DNA of 62,383 nucleotides, the filler included, from Choristocarpus tenellus KU-1152 (Eukaryota > Protista > Phaeophyceae), in assembly GCA_964200185.2 (NCBI GenBank). It is 8 parts of 8 records of this genome, joined end to end, with 100 filler letters (N's around TTAATTAATTAA, not from the genome) between each part and the next. Parts side by side here need not be neighbours in the genome. Positions count along the whole stretch, not along the records: positions 47,575 to 51,408 come from CAXNAD020017662.1; positions 51,509 to 54,659 come from CAXNAD020021939.1; positions 54,760 to 59,295 come from CAXNAD020014110.1; positions 59,396 to 62,383 come from CAXNAD020023116.1; 4 more parts are not named here. The stretch is one strand, 5' to 3'. The position numbers and the translations under genes are program-made. Position 1 is the first letter of the stretch; each line of letters starts with the position of its first letter. Under the pieces are notes generated by a model. That model did not search any database, was not told the DNA's origin, and saw only the letters and a list, made by a program, of their open reading frames with translations. Positions 49,439 to 60,962 of this stretch are shown here, in pieces.

Positions 49439-49556
49439 TTCATTCTGTACTAATGAGGTGTAATATATGATGCAATAGTGTACTTCCAGTCACACCTCTT
49501 CCCATTTTGCTCCCATTGGTCACATTTTTGTTGACCTCGAATCGTATTTTTTGTTC

Positions 49557-49750
49557 GAGGCATAGGAGGGGAGTGATGTAGCATATCTGGTAGTCTAACA
49601 CTCCAGAATAGTAAATAGATAATACAAAGAAATCTTTCACATTTACGACAACCGTTACTTTTACAGGGGTTCTTATGATATTGAGTAGACTTCCATTGGC
49701 TTTCCCCCTGACACACCTGGAAAATATCAGAGGGCAAAATAATATAAAAC
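49557..49750 (+). repeat. Repeat D (putative retrotransposon 3' UTR with A-rich tail)
   Basis: Similar to 50170-50357 throughout (GAGGCAyAGGAGGGrAGTGrTGTAGCATA...TGACACAyCTG.AAAAT.TCAGAG.GCA..AAT). Confidence 0.7.
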
Positions 49751-49769
49751 AAAATAATGTATAATACTA

Positions 49770-50357
49770 CACTACCCCACTCATCCACCGGGAATGGTGT
49801 AGCTGCTGCTGCATCTGAGGCATGGGCGAAAACGCATCCACTGTGAAGGGCTCTTTTGACCCGCTTAGTTACAACCTCAACATCTTCACGGTTGAAGGTT
49901 TTGGGCGCCTCGGTAAGCAAGTGGAACGTTTTCTGGATGAACTGGCTACGCATGTGGTAAGGGGGAGAGAGGCAGGAGGCTACAGCAGGAAAGGGGCTGT
50001 CAAATCCCATCTACAACAGATAGTCTCTGTCACGACAAAAGTAGCTCTATCTAGACGTATCATACGTTTTAAGCTGGAGGCACCAGGGAGATAGGCAAGG
50101 AGGGGCCTGTCAGATTCATGGGATGCTTCCCTAGCTCCTCACCCTGAGGTGCAGCACTAAGCTAGGTTGGAGGCACAGGAGGGAAGTGGTGTAGCATAGC
50201 TGGTAGTAGAATAGTTAATCGACGATAGAATAATATCTTTCACAATTACGACAACTGATACCGTTTTGTGGATTGTACTGACATTTGAATGGTTTTTCAT
50301 GGGTTTTTCCCTTGACACATCTGTAAAATGTCAGAGAGCATAATAAAAAAATATAAA
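49770..50357 (+). mobile_element. 5'-truncated, decayed CRE-like non-LTR retrotransposon (restriction-like endonuclease C-terminus plus 3' UTR)
   Basis: GNGVAAAASEA (frameshift) KGSFDPLSYNLNIFTVEGFGRLGKQVERFLDELATHVV..KSHLQQIVSVTTKVALSRRI matches the AA..E..K..Y..F.P...E.FG..G.....FL..LA....L.Q..SV..Q pattern of CRE-clade RLE ends; followed by repeat D and an A-rich tail. Confidence 0.7.
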
Positions 50358-50414
50358 GGGAGGGTGGTTAGGGTTAGGGTTATGAAATGAAAGGGGGAGA
50401 TGGTTGTCTCTTAT

Positions 50415-50580
50415 AATATATATCATTATGCCCTTTGACATTTGCAGATGTGCTAGGAGGAAAACTAATGAGAACAATTCACATGTCTGAAAAATCCCTA
50501 CAGAAGTAAAGGTTGTCACAAAAGTGAAAAATGCTAATCTATTTCCTATTTGACTATCTGTGTTGTACTACTGCCGTCCT
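50415..50580 (-). repeat. Repeat D inverted copy
   Basis: Reverse complement contains TTTTCACTTTTGTGACAACC and GCACATCTGCAAATGTCAAAGGGCATAATG. Confidence 0.6.
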
Positions 50581-51040
50581 GTGTCTCAAAACTATTCTTC
50601 CACCCCAGGGCGAGGAACTGCAGAAGCATCCCAAGAATGCAACAACCCCTCCTTGCCCATCTACCTGGTGACTCTAGTATAGATAGGGCTACTTGCGTTG
50701 TGACTGAGACTATCTGGTGTAGGCGGGATTTGACCGCTCCTTTTCTGTTTTAGTCTCTAGTTCCTCTCCCTCTTAACGCGTGTGTGTCTGTTATTATATC
50801 GTTTTTGCCGAACGCCATATACCGTCAATTCGATTGAGGTTATTTCCTGAGAACGTGGATCCAAATGTGTGGAGGATTTCGGAAGGATAGATTTCCATGG
50901 TTCCCTGTAACGTCTCTTCTTGAACACGTTTTTCCGAAGGAGGATCTCCCATCTCTGAAGGATTTATTTTCTGAAGCCCATCCGAAACATGATCCTTCCC
51001 ACTTCTTCAATACACACGATAATCTCTTTACTAAAATGAT

Positions 51041-51299
51041 GAGCCATAGTATCTTAGAGGGTAGAGCCGCGTCCATTTGGGGATCAAAATCTAATGTTGG
51101 GATTTTGATGTAATATTTGGTATTGTTTTTGTTAGGAAGTGTCAATATCCATGTTCTGGACACACCTTTTCAATACGTATACAATTTACCTAATCCGAAA
51201 CATTTTGGAGTAGGAAAATATCATTAAAAACTCCACGGGAAGCCAAGTCCCAAATGGACAAACAGGGCAAAACTTGTACCCTCTAAGATACTTTCACTC
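51041..51299 (+). mobile_element. MITE family B copy
   Basis: GAGCCATAGTATCTTAGAGGGTA...TACCCTCTAAGATACTTTCACTC; TSD TGAT (51037-51040/51300-51303). Confidence 0.87.
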
Positions 51300-51408
51300 T
51301 GATAGGTTACGACATGACGGCAATGCATGATATACAGACTATGCAAAGGAGTATGATAACAGTAAATACGAGTTCTCAAGTAAATACACAAGGGACGAGA
51401 ATTTTACT

Positions 51409-51508
51409 NNNNNNNNNNNNNNNNNNNNNNNNNNNNNNNNNNNNNNNNNNNNTTAATTAATTAANNNNNNNNNNNNNNNNNNNNNNNNNNNNNNNNNNNN
51501 NNNNNNNN
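51409..51508. other. Artificial contig linker
   Basis: N44-TTAATTAATTAA-N44. Confidence 0.98.
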
Positions 51509-52556
51509 CTTTTTTCTGTTGGAACCCCCACCCCCTACCCCACCCGTGCTGTGCCGTGCCGTGCAACTCATTCCTAGTTGATGTGATGTACATGTACGCC
51601 ATTTGTCTTTCTGTAGAAGTTTTTCTGGACAAGATACTTCAACTATTGCTATTTCCTATCACATACAGTATTTCTCCTTATCACAGATGCCCTGCATAGG
51701 CTGTTGTCTTTTATTGCTGTGTCCCTTACAATAATTATTTTCTGTCATATGTTGTGCGTAAGGTATGGGAAGCGAGGACCATGCTACTTCTGTGGTTCAT
51801 GCCTTGGCTTACATCCTTCAACATAGAGGAATTAGTTTATTGGGTTTTTTTACTCTCATGAAAAATGGTGCAATCCTGGGGATATGGTATGAGGTTGTCC
51901 TGTATGTTGAAGGTTGTTTTGCTCAGATTTGTTTGTTTTACTCATCTTAGTACCTGCGAAAGGGATAACTTCAATGTTGTTTGCCCTTGCTGATGCAGGC
52001 TACCTATACCGCTTGCCTTCTCTCCCTAAACAACGGGGGGCTTAAACCATATGCCAGAGGCTTAGGTCCCATCCCCCAATCTGTCCTCTCTTTTATAATA
52101 TCAAATCATTCCTTCTGAACGAGAAGAACCTTTCGTTGCCATTACTTAATTCATACTGATAAGGCCAGTTTAGGAGAATGTTTGTTGAGAAGGCGGCCTC
52201 CAAAACATACATCAGAGAGAATATGAAGCAGGCATTACATGGATCTACCACCAGTTTTATATCACCGTGGAAGATATTTCTTCAACCTTACCCTCTCCCT
52301 GACTAAATCACTAGAGGCTTGGAGGTTTTGACAGGGTTTTTGTGACCGAATAACCCCCCCTTTCCAGCTTCACTTGTCCCTGCACACTCACCTCCCATTC
52401 CTCATCGAATTCCCTCGCCCCAGCTCCTTCAACTGTGGTGCACGAGTCTCTGCTTTTAATTTGGTCCCACACCGTAACAATCTCTCAAACATAACTATCT
52501 GGTATCCAACATACTGAAAAAAAAAATCCCCGATCAATTTCTGAAATGAATCACAG

Positions 52557-53378
52557 GTCAAACGTCTCACCAAGACCACCAAGAATCTCAACCCAGAGGA
52601 CGGCTCCGCCGTTTTCCCTGACTCTCCTGGCGGGGGAAGAGGGGCACAATTCAACAGTGGCCGGTTCTCCATTCAAAAGCTCAGTGCTCGAGGGCGCACC
52701 GGATCAAGTTCCAGTGCTGACAATGCATTTGCTTCCAATACCGTGGGAGGGAGTTCTCTGGCCTTGGGAGGGATCGGGCCTGATGGCAGGCCAATGAGCA
52801 TTGGTGGCCGACCGCTAAGCATAACTGGGAGTGGCCCATTCCAGGCTAGTCTAGAGGCCCTCTTTTCAGACGGTGTAGAACGCTCCGTGAATCCGGGGCA
52901 AGGACAAGCTCCTCTAGATGCCGTTCCCCTGCCGAGTGAACTAAAGGAAAGGAGCCACGGGAGTATGAAGACTTCTCCGACATCTACAATGCGGTCCACC
53001 GTGCTGGATGAGAGACTGGTATCGAAGGGATTCGTCCTGAGTGATGGCAGCCGGAAAGGGTCAAGGTCGCACTTACTGTCTCCTGAGACAAGCATCCATG
53101 GCAGCATGGGGGGCGAGGGGGGAAGCAGGGCAACTACAGATTGGGGTTTGGCCATGTCAGGAGAGTATCCTGATCTTGAGGAGCAGCGGGAGGGATACGG
53201 CGGCGGCTTTGGGGGGCAGGAAGGGGGCATTGGAAATGACATGGTGGTGCCAAGTGTGAACAATGGCAGCCGGGGAAGTCGTGGTAGCCGTGGCAGCAGC
53301 GGAATAGGTTCACGCTCCCGAAATCAGTCGGTTGACCTCATGGACATGAATGCACCATCGCCAGCATATCAGGAATGA
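52557..53378 (+). CDS. Terminal exon of an unidentified gene (Ser/Gly-rich, likely disordered C-terminus)
   Basis: tcacag|VKRLTKTTKNLNPEDGSAVFPDSPGG... open for 273 codons to TGA at 53378, GC-rich relative to its flanks. A possible hydrophobic upstream exon lies at 51687-51757 (ALHRLLSFIAVSLTIIIFCHMLC). Confidence 0.65.
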   Translation, partial: VKRLTKTTKNLNPEDGSAVFPDSPGGGRGAQFNSGRFSIQKLSARGRTGSSSSADNAFASNTVGGSSLALGGIGPDGRPMSIGGRPLSITGSGPFQASLEALFSDGVERSVNPGQGQAPLDAVPLPSELKERSHGSMKTSPTSTMRSTVLDERLVSKGFVLSDGSRKGSRSHLLSPETSIHGSMGGEGGSRATTDWGLAMSGEYPDLEEQREGYGGGFGGQEGGIGNDMVVPSVNNGSRGSRGSRGSSGIGSRSRNQSVDLMDMNAPSPAYQE

Positions 53379-54659
53379 TCTTTAAGGATGCAAGTAGAGG
53401 TAGGTAGGTGAATGTGCTTGCTCCTCCTATGATAGGACATTGCCCCCTTGGCCTGTCTCTGGTACATGCACAGTCAGGAAAGGGATCAGAAGACAACTTG
53501 CTTCAGTCTAGGAGTCGTTTGGGGGGGATTTGACATGTCGCACCAAGTGGAATTAAGACCGTTGTGCTCTTTTTTTCGTGGGTAAGGGGGGAGGGAGGCT
53601 TGAAGGAGGAGCACAATAGCGCCAGCTTTGACCTAACCTAAGCACAGACAAATGTGTACAGTTTTTCCGTTTGGAATGTGTGAAAAGTTGTGGAGTGAGA
53701 ATGGATACTTCTTATGCATGCTTGCTGGTCTGTGAGGAAGATGCCCCCCCCTCTTTTTTGAACTGTGTGATTATGCAGGAGAGGTAGCATTATCTCTGGG
53801 GGGTTTTATTCTATAGACTGCAATCATTCACACATGATACCTTCTTGATGGACAGTGTCGTTTCAGAGAACAAGAATGTGCATTTGTGCTGGCTGGCTCG
53901 GTTATTTTTACCTCTTATTTCTTCTTATTTCTTTAGTGTGTTGTATGAAATTTGGTTTGTCTCGAGGGGCATGTTTGCCATATGTTCTTGTGTGAAACTC
54001 TTTCTGTTTAATTGCATTGCTGTTGGCATACTGCTGTCCCAGATGGCGTTTGTAGTCATATCCTTGAGGGGAGACAGTCATCTCATTTTAGCAAAAACAG
54101 GGATGGAATAGCATGATTGGGTTTATGAACGGGAGTAGTTGTAACTACTTGTTGACTATCTGCCCATGCTACTCAGTCAGCCTGCGCCTCCCACCATATC
54201 ACAAACTCCGCCCTATCTGATCTCTTCTGTCGCTCGTACTGGGGTGGATAATGATCACGCACACTATCTTCTGCACAAGGTGGGGAAGGAGAGGGAGGAA
54301 GGATGGATGGATGGATGGATGCTGGACCCCTCCTATATGGAAGACATCGATAATTCCCGTGAAGTAGTCTAAATCAGCCCAGTGGTAACAATATCAAAGT
54401 GATGCAAGCCATCGTAATTGTGGCATTAAGTGAATGACTGCAACTGCTGTGTTGACTTTAGCCAAGCTACGTGTATGGCCTTGTGAACTCACTCTCCCAC
54501 TCTCATTAGGGTAGGTGGATCTGCAGAGCTGCTATTGATAATTGTGGGGATAATGTTTAGATTGCAAGTTAATTTGGGGGGGGGGGGGCATTGAGGGTAA
54601 CGCAGGTAAAGGCAGGTTGAAGTTTGATGAGAAGATATGTCAGGAGTGCAAGCTAGGGG

Positions 54660-54759
54660 NNNNNNNNNNNNNNNNNNNNNNNNNNNNNNNNNNNNNNNNN
54701 NNNTTAATTAATTAANNNNNNNNNNNNNNNNNNNNNNNNNNNNNNNNNNNNNNNNNNNN
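54660..54759. other. Artificial contig linker
   Basis: N44-TTAATTAATTAA-N44. Confidence 0.98.
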
Positions 54760-55501
54760 GGGGGGATGGGAGATAGGATGAATGGTGATGTCATGTTTTG
54801 ATTTGTATGGTAGTATGTGTGGTGATGGTGATGGTGCATCACCTCTTCTTTTTGCATTTTTTGAAGGTATACCTTGAAGGTGGTGTTGCCTGCCTGCAGA
54901 GCCTTAGGTTGGGGCCTTGGGGTTACCCCCGTCATGAGAGGATGGACTGCTATTGCAAGTTGCGTTTGGCAGTACCATATTGATAGAACCATTACTGTCT
55001 TGCTGGGTGTTGAGTCCTATGCCTTCTGTGTGTGTGTTTCAATGAGGTGATGAGATATTTTGTTGGGCTTTTTGGAAGTTTTGTCACTGTATTGCTTGTC
55101 TAGGCGAACCTCTGAATCCCCCAAGGTGTACCTGTTATTTGGCAATGGATTAGTTTCTCTCTTAATTCTCATCTTGAATTTTTTTCCATATTTTTTCTGT
55201 TCTACTTTTCTACTTGATTTCTTCAAAAAAAAAATCGCTTCACCTTTGACTTATCTCACAGTTTTGTGACCCCTCAGACTCCTGTTAAGAAATGTTTCAC
55301 TACTATTTTTTAAGGTTGCCCTAACCCTGTATTAAAAAAAAAAACTGGATTATAGCAACAATAGTCGCTTGTGTTTACATTACAACAGGTCCAAGCGTTA
55401 ACATGAACCCGTTACACCCCTAGCCCCAAACCTCCTTCCCACACCTGCATCCCCTCACCCTCAAACTTGCCACCACACATGCAACCGTTTGAACACAACA
55501 G

Positions 55502-58500
55502 ATCATGCTCAACATTGAGCACCGCCTGATGAGTCAGATGGCCAGCCCTTGTGACTATGACTCCCTGACTGTGATGCAGAAGGTGGAGGTCTTCAGGACA
55601 GCTCTTCACCGTACAGCTGGGATCGACCTTGCCAGGGTGAGTTTTTCCTAATCTTCACTACTGATGGTACGAAATGGCTACTGACTTTCCTATTGTGTTT
55701 CTACTTTGTGTTGCTATCAAAGTGTGCGCTGGCGTTCATCACCTTGAAAAGGCTTTTCTTTCGTTTACAGTTCGCCGTGTGGGTGGTGTGGAGTAACGAG
55801 ATATTTCAAAGAGTTTTCTGCACATTTTTCTTGTGGTGTATGCTCGTACGGTAAGAACGTGCTCATATCTTGCTTGGCAAGTGCGTATATAGTTGCACTG
55901 GGGAAAAGTTCTATCTATCTGCGAGTAAGAGTGCACCAATTTAAGGCATATCCTTGCAAACCTCACCTGTGTGGTACCAGGTCCTCTGGCTGAAGTCCAA
56001 GTCCAGTGAGGTCTGGCTGGAGCGACGGACCAATTACACTCGATCTCTTGCAGTAATGAGCATGGTTGGTTACATACTTGGACTGGGAGACCGTCACCCA
56101 TCCAACCTTATGCTGGATCGCTTCACTGGAAAGGTGAAAGCTATTTCGTGGGGTGTGATCTGCAGTAGGAGACATGCATTGTCAGAAGCAGTGCCCAGCA
56201 GTGAAAAAAATTTGTTGTTGTTGAGTGTGTTGGATTTAATCCTATTTTTATTTGTTTATTTTTAGGGGTATATGCTTGTGTGACATTGCCTTTACCCTCA
56301 AAGTGTGCATATTACTTCCATTTATTTATGTTAAGGGTGATGATGTTTTGGTGTTTTCTGTGTAAGTATTTCTCAAGAGTACTTTACTTTGTGTATCTAT
56401 GCATGGAGAGTATGTAAGAACTCATTCCCAGATATTTGTGGACCTGCTCAGGATTGTACTTCTCAAAAGATTGGACTTAGAAGTAGGCATTCCTAGGGTT
56501 ATAAGTCAGTTGTCGCAGGTGCCCCCATCTCATATCGTTTGTCCATTTCAGATACGTTGGGTCTCATTTAGGTTGTGTAATGATGAACTTTGGGCTTGTT
56601 CATAGAGTAGCATGGAAATTTGCTTGGCCTGTTGAATAGATTTCGGGCTTGTTACAGTATTGGTGTACTCTGTTCTCACACACAATATATCACTTGGAAT
56701 TAAAATCATCAGTACTATTTTTGCAGTTTTGGGGATTTGTGTAAGTGCTGTTGAGGCCCTCTGGATTGATTGCTGTTAACTGTACACCTGCTTGATTTCC
56801 GTTCCTGTACAGATCCTGCACATTGACTTTGGAGACTGTTTTGAGGTGGCCATGCACCGAGGAAAATTCCCGGAGAAGATTCCATTTCGCCTAACCCGCA
56901 TGCTTTTCAATGCCATGGAGGTGAGGTCACTGGTCCCAGAGAGCTGCATGTATTACTTTCTTATATATTTCTAGGTGGATCTCATTCCCTCCCTGCCCTT
57001 TCAGTGCTCAGGTTATCGTACGGCATTATTAGGACTATGCAGATATCATGCATACAGACTGCACATTGCTAATATCATTCTAAGCCCCAACCATGGGGTA
57101 CTATTGATGCAGGCACTAGCCTCCAATCCCTGACCTGTTCCTGCCCCTGTTGCCACAGGTAAGTGGTATTGAAGGCACCTACCGAACAACATGCGAGCAA
57201 GTCATGGAGGTCCTGCAAGAGGCCCGAGACAGCCTGGTGGCCATGCTGGGAGCCTTTGTTCACGACCCCCTTATTTCGTGGAGGCTCCTGGGTACCCAGG
57301 CACAGCAAGACAAAGAGGAGCAGCAGCAGCAGGCGCAGCAAAAACGCCAGGAACAGAAGGAGCTACAGCAGCAGCAGGCACGCTATCATCAACTCCAAGA
57401 GGAACAGCGGCAGGCTAAAATGGCCTTGAATAATGGTAAAAATGTACAAGCTGCTGCTGCAAATCCCCAGCAGGAAAAACAAGCTCAGAACCCACCACCA
57501 ACACCACGTCTCGGTCCAGTGGAACACAGGGTAGGTGGGTCTGCTAGCCGTGGGTGGGATAGTGTACACACAGGGGCCATGTCCCAGGGAACTGGGTATG
57601 ATCAAGGGCAACGTGCAGCAGACCAAGGTTCTGCCTCCACAGGAACAAACTCCGTGTCTGCTACTGCATCCAGTGGTGAAGGGGAGGGAGATGATGGTGC
57701 AAGACATGTGAAGGAGGACAATGGTGTTGTGGGGGCACATGCAAATGTGGCTAGGAGTTCAGTGGAGGAGCAACGCAAACTGGCGGAGGTCAAGGTAATG
57801 GGCTCGTGGAACCCTCCAAGTATGAGGAGTGCAAACAAAAGAAGGGGATCAGTTGCATCAATCGCTGAGCACCCTGCAGAGGGAGACCAAGAGGATGTTT
57901 CACTGACTGAAACAAGTCAAGACCGGGTTCCTCCTACTGGTGGTGAAGCAGGAACATTGAGTGAGGGAGATGAAGGGGCTGTCCCCAGCCGGAGCGGTAA
58001 GGACTCTGGTGGTGAGGAAGCTAAAGGCGGAGATGTTGACCTGGATGAATTGGTGGAGGCAACAGATGGAGAGGCACCAAGAACTGAGACAGTGGAAGAG
58101 GAGGAAGAAGATGAGGGCGATGAAGAGGACGATAGTAAGGAGGAATCTGATCAAACAAGGGGTCTCAGCTTTGTGAGAAGCAGTCATGGATCATCTGCAC
58201 GGGCCGTCGGTTCAGTGTCACGAAGGTTGCAAGCAAGCCCGGCAATGAACGTGATACAGAATCCACACCTTACAGTTGATGATGAATCGTTGCAGAAGTC
58301 AGAGGAGGATGGGGCAGAGGAAAAGGTGGGGACGCTTGGAGCAAGCAAGCGTGGTAGCCTGCAGCGACCTCCAGGAAGCTTTCGCCCAAACCTACACCTG
58401 GAGATGCAGGCAATGTCCATGCGCAACAGTACCTCCACTAGGTGAGTGGGACAACCTTGTAGAGTTGCTTTTTTCAGGAGTTGTTACTGGATTGGTAAAC

Positions 58501-59295
58501 ATGACAGAACCATGCTGTGCGCCAGCCATGATGTGTCATGTGTTAACAGGCCCAGTCGAGACTAGTCAGTGATTCGATTGAACCAGGATGCAGACCGCAT
58601 CCCCGGTGAAACATGGTTTATATTGCTGGTAAAGGTTCGTTGAAGATTGTAACCCAACTGAGCTGCAGACTGACCTGTGCATCCCTTTCAACTCTCAATT
58701 AATTGAAATAGCGAAACCAAAATATACGTAGATTAAGGGATATGAATGCATTTATTCCCACATGTATTTGGGGTCAGCACGACACATTTGACCTGCCCTG
58801 ACCTTACCTATCTTGACCAGGTCAGTCTAGTTAACACGTCATTTTATCCAGAGGGTCATCAGATATCTGAACTGGACAGGATAGTCCAGTGAAAAGCTTA
58901 GTAAATATTTCGCGCAAATAGTCATGCATGCTGTTGTGGTGTTTGTGTACATGACCTCTCTCAGTTGTATCTTCCAGTATGCTAAATGGATTATTTGACA
59001 TTGTTTGGACTTTTACTTCTACATGTCCTGTCATATTCGAATTATAAGGTAGAGTACAACTTTCCACAGGTTCCACTAAGACAAGAGTTCTGCTCTTGCA
59101 CTTAGCACTTTTTTTTTACTCTTGCTGTGATACTCTACGTCCTGTTGTTGCTGCTTGGAACAGGTTTAGTGTTGCACATGACTCCATGGCTACGTTGCAA
59201 TCCATTGAACAATCCCGCATGGACCACCGCAGCACTCGTGAACACGATATGGTACAGAAATTTGGACATGAGGGGGAGGCTGCCCCCCCCGATGC
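55502..59295 (+). CDS. TOR: Target of rapamycin Ser/Thr kinase, catalytic domain C-terminal part (both ends truncated)
   Basis: Exons 55502-55636 ([24 protein letters not shown]), 55981-56133 ([47 protein letters not shown]), 56813-56920 ([26 protein letters not shown]), 57159-58441 ([22 protein letters not shown] plus long insert) and 59164-59295. Confidence 0.95.
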
Positions 59296-59395
59296 NNNNN
59301 NNNNNNNNNNNNNNNNNNNNNNNNNNNNNNNNNNNNNNNTTAATTAATTAANNNNNNNNNNNNNNNNNNNNNNNNNNNNNNNNNNNNNNNNNNNN
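59296..59395. other. Artificial contig linker
   Basis: N44-TTAATTAATTAA-N44. Confidence 0.98.
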
Positions 59396-60068
59396 AGGGG
59401 GGGGGGGGTAAAGTGTTGAGCCATTGGATTCAGAAGGAAGTGTAAGCGTCGTGCGTAGCAGCAGCAATCTACAGGCATTGTGTGATATCCAAAATCTTAG
59501 CAATAGTTTAAAGAAAAAATAGGCAACAAAGTGCATGCATAAACTCTGCTGATCCAATTAAATAAATATACTATGATATACAAACAGTGATTTTTTTACG
59601 TGATTTTTTTACGTGTTTTTTTTACGCTAGATAGATGAATCACTATGCAACAGTTATCGAGGTAAGGAATAACACTTGCTCACAATACATGCGACAAAAT
59701 GCTTGGGCACATCAAGGTTGTACGGAATACACCCAATATCTGTATCTCGCCATACATTAAAAACGCGCTTGTGTGAAGTATACTTAACACTATGATACAG
59801 TACACCTCAAAACGTCAAAAAACGTGGAGTACATCAGCCCAAAGGGAGGGGTTGATGAAAAAAAGTAGTTGATCTTGGACATTGGCAGGGTAGAGCTAAG
59901 GGTCAGAGTAGATGAAAATGTTAGCAGTAGGATCGAGTGCAGAGGGCAAGGAAGGGCAAAGGCTAGCATATATATGCTCCAGTATTCTTTGTGTGATCCA
60001 AAGTTGCAAATATAGACCAATATACTTGCACCACCCCCAACACCCCAGCATTCTTTACCGAATCCTAC

Positions 60069-60962
60069 CTTGAAGTAGTCCTGGGGAAATCGGTAGAATG
60101 TGTTAGTCTGGTTTTCGACAAGGCGATCAAGGCTGCAGTGGTGCATGAGCCCCCGTTTGAGCATGCGGTTCAGCACATGGACCGCATCAACCTCATCCGA
60201 GCATATAGATGTCTCGATACACCAATCCTGGCAGTTGGCGAATAAAGAGCCGAAATCCCGTGTACAAATGAATGGGTCAGCAACGAAGGTTAACAGGCAT
60301 GGGCATGGAAAACATTACTTGAACTAGGCGATGCTCGACGAGCAAGTAGAAAGCCCCCACAATTCCCTAAAGTTACTACTTTCCATTAGAGAGGCGTGAG
60401 GTGTGCGCATGGTCAGACAGTCTAACAAAGGGTTACTTCCCTCGTTCGCATTTCAGAGGATTCCTCAAGAATGTCCCAACTGCCGGAAAAGACTGAAGAA
60501 AACTCACCACTGCAGCCTTGCCAGTGAAGCAAAACCGATGCTTCCTTCCAAAAAATGTCTTCATATCACGGACCTCCAGTTTTTCGTGCATCTGTCAGTC
60601 AGAGTGCCATTCCGAATCGAGGGTATGCATGTAACTCGATAGGGCGAGGAGTACCATATTCACAATAGCATCCATTAGGTTTGGTAGTCAAGATAAAGCG
60701 CGACAAGCGGGTACCAATAGAGAGTATGAGATATGAATCGCAAAAAAAGAAGCACAACACCCCTCATTGGAACAGCAGCCAATTTGGCGTGTTCAGCATG
60801 GGTGTTAAGTGCACAAAAAATGACCTCAACAGGATCACGTCATCTCGGACCCACTTTCACAGCTAAGGCATCCAGGTCGCAGTCGATGTCGATCACCGCC
60901 ATCCTCTCCTCAGTAGGAACATCAGACACTGCTTCCTCCACGTCTACATCATCTATCTTCAT
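60069..60962 (-). CDS. DEP-domain-containing protein, first three exons
   Basis: Exons 60962-60855 (MKIDDVD..DLDALAVK), 60591-60508 (MHEKLEVRDMKTFFGRKHRFCFTGKAAV) and 60227-60069 (DWCIETSICSDEVDAVHVLNRMLKRGLMHHCSLDRLVENQTNTFYRFPQDYFK). Matches the DEP consensus CF.G...VDW.....AV.....LL..G..HH......FYRF. Confidence 0.8.

Noticed and set aside
50184-50210. tRNA gene
   Set aside because: Only an A-box-like motif; no T-arm/B box or cloverleaf.
52673-53263. Minus-strand 196-aa ORF
   Set aside because: Antisense to the better-supported plus-strand exon, which has an acceptor and a stop.
22762-59295. RPL13-RPL24-SPT16-TOR as a growth-control gene cluster
   Set aside because: The genes lie on separate contigs joined by artificial linkers; linkage cannot be shown.
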